32,000 bases of DNA. Origin: Ruminococcus sp. GTDB lineage: Bacteria; Bacillota; Clostridia; Oscillospirales; Ruminococcaceae. Both the position numbers and the translations under genes were made by a program. The stretch is taken from contig JAFVFL010000046.1 in assembly GCA_017475555.1 (NCBI GenBank), positions 138,676 to 170,675 on the forward strand, given 5' to 3'. Within the stretch, counting starts at the first letter, position 1. The number at the start of each line of letters is the position of its first letter. This document shows positions 31,074 to 32,000 of this stretch, one piece after another. The notes below the pieces were generated by a model that saw nothing but the letters and a program-made list of their open reading frames with translations, did no database searches and was not told the origin of the DNA.

Positions 31074-32000
31074 TTGGCTAACAAGCTCATACGTGGTCTT
31101 ACTGTCACTATCGGTGCGGATACCTCAAAGCTGTCTGCCGCCGTAAAGGAGGCAGAGGCACAGGTCAGAGGGGCGAAGACCGAGATACGTGAGATACAGT
31201 CGGCACTGTCTAAAGCCGGTGATTCTGCGGAGCTGTGGCAGCAGAAGCAGACCGTGCTCACAACGGCTATAGAGAGCAGCAAAAAGAAGCTCGATGAGCT
31301 GAAAACGGCTCAGAAAAGCCTTACGGAGCAGCTGCGTGACGGCGATATCGACCAGAAGAAATATGATGAATTCCAGGCAAAGCTCACCAAAGCCCGTGAC
31401 AAGCTCTCCGAGCTGAAAAAGCAGCAGGAGAACGTTGAAGCAGAGTTTAAGTCGGGGAGTATCGACAAGGAGGCATACGATAAATTCACCGACAAGGTAC
31501 ACCGTGCCGAGCTGAAGGTCAAAGACCTCGAAACTGCTGAGCACAGCCTTGAGGAAAATGTCAGGCTCGGCAATGTATCTGAGGAGCAATACCGTGCGTT
31601 TCAGAGAGAGATACAGCAGACCGAGGGCGATATTGCTGATAACGAGAGGAAAATTGCGGAATACAGAGCACGGCTCAGTGAGAAATACCGTGGCAGCGGG
31701 GTCGAGGACGAGCTTAATGCGGCAATAGCAGAGTTCGGTGAATTAAGTGCCGGCAATTACATGAATTACAGAAAATTCATGTCCCCCGACTGGTACAGTG
31801 AGGTATCCGGTTTTGCAGATTCAATCAACATGGATAACATATCGCTTCGTTCAGAAAAGAACCAGATCGCCCGGAATAATTACGTGATCGAGCAGTATGA
31901 AAAGGCGGAGCTGTCGGCGAACCTGATACAGGCAACGCAGGAGCAGATGACTGACGCTCAGTGGCTGCACGACCAGGGTTTTCCGGTGGGGGTGAATTAA
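31074..32000 (+). CDS. Coiled-coil protein resembling the N-terminal region of Firmicute phage tape measure proteins
   Basis: TTG 31074 follows GAGGTGA. The pattern LIRGLTVTIGADTSKLSAAVKEAE...ELWQQKQTVLTTAIESSKKKLDELK...VSEEQYRAFQREIQQTEGDI is typical of TMP N-termini. The TAA stop is at 31998..32000. Confidence 0.5.
   Translation: MANKLIRGLTVTIGADTSKLSAAVKEAEAQVRGAKTEIREIQSALSKAGDSAELWQQKQTVLTTAIESSKKKLDELKTAQKSLTEQLRDGDIDQKKYDEFQAKLTKARDKLSELKKQQENVEAEFKSGSIDKEAYDKFTDKVHRAELKVKDLETAEHSLEENVRLGNVSEEQYRAFQREIQQTEGDIADNERKIAEYRARLSEKYRGSGVEDELNAAIAEFGELSAGNYMNYRKFMSPDWYSEVSGFADSINMDNISLRSEKNQIARNNYVIEQYEKAELSANLIQATQEQMTDAQWLHDQGFPVGVN

Larger units (their letters stand above)
24898..32000. 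mobile_element. Mobile-element-derived region (ImmR/ImmA switch, translesion cassette, phage packaging/tail remnants); probably a degraded prophage or mosaic of remnants
   Basis: The region holds an XRE plus ImmA pair, a divergent promoter, TerL and a TMP-like gene. No integrase, portal, capsid or replication genes lie between them. There is an internal tRNA-like fragment and sharp G+C shifts. Confidence 0.5.

Overview
The window looks like chromosomal DNA from a cellulolytic Ruminococcus-type Firmicute. This is inferred from three secreted proteins that carry type-I dockerin modules. All calls rest on manual motif recognition in the supplied translations and on hand-read promoters, RBSs and hairpins; no database search was possible.

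Gene content, left to right:
- A 5' portion of a type-I ABC exporter gene on the minus strand. It is open to the window edge, so it is missing from the ORF track.
- A PD-(D/E)XK nuclease-like gene followed by a CX5R phosphatase-like / sigma70-region-4 HTH fusion.
- A GNAT acetyltransferase gene.
- An ABC ATPase, ABC-2 permease and CPBP protease operon (immunity-like).
- A divergently transcribed pair of dockerin enzymes: a double PL1-type pectate lyase and a GH5 endoglucanase.
- An MBL-fold hydrolase and an Fe-alcohol dehydrogenase.
- A compact three-gene operon (15.6-18.5 kb): a 164-aa unknown protein, a soluble VirD4/TraG-like coupling-protein ATPase, and a ClpP paralog.
- An alpha/beta hydrolase.
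- A decayed zone with an ABC-exporter pseudogene.
- A dockerin-bearing CotH-family protein.
- A mobile-element-derived right end: an XRE / ImmA / Y-family polymerase / sORF / YolD cassette, a compositionally chimeric ORF, a tRNA-like element, a TerL with a degenerate Walker A, and a tape-measure-like coiled-coil protein. No integrase, portal or capsid gene is visible.

The strongest candidate for an undescribed system is the unknown / T4CP-like ATPase / ClpP operon. It is tightly coupled, has its own promoter and terminator, and has no other conjugation genes nearby.

Nearly every operon carries a near-consensus -35/17 nt/-10 promoter. No CRISPR array, rRNA gene or canonical tRNA gene was seen.
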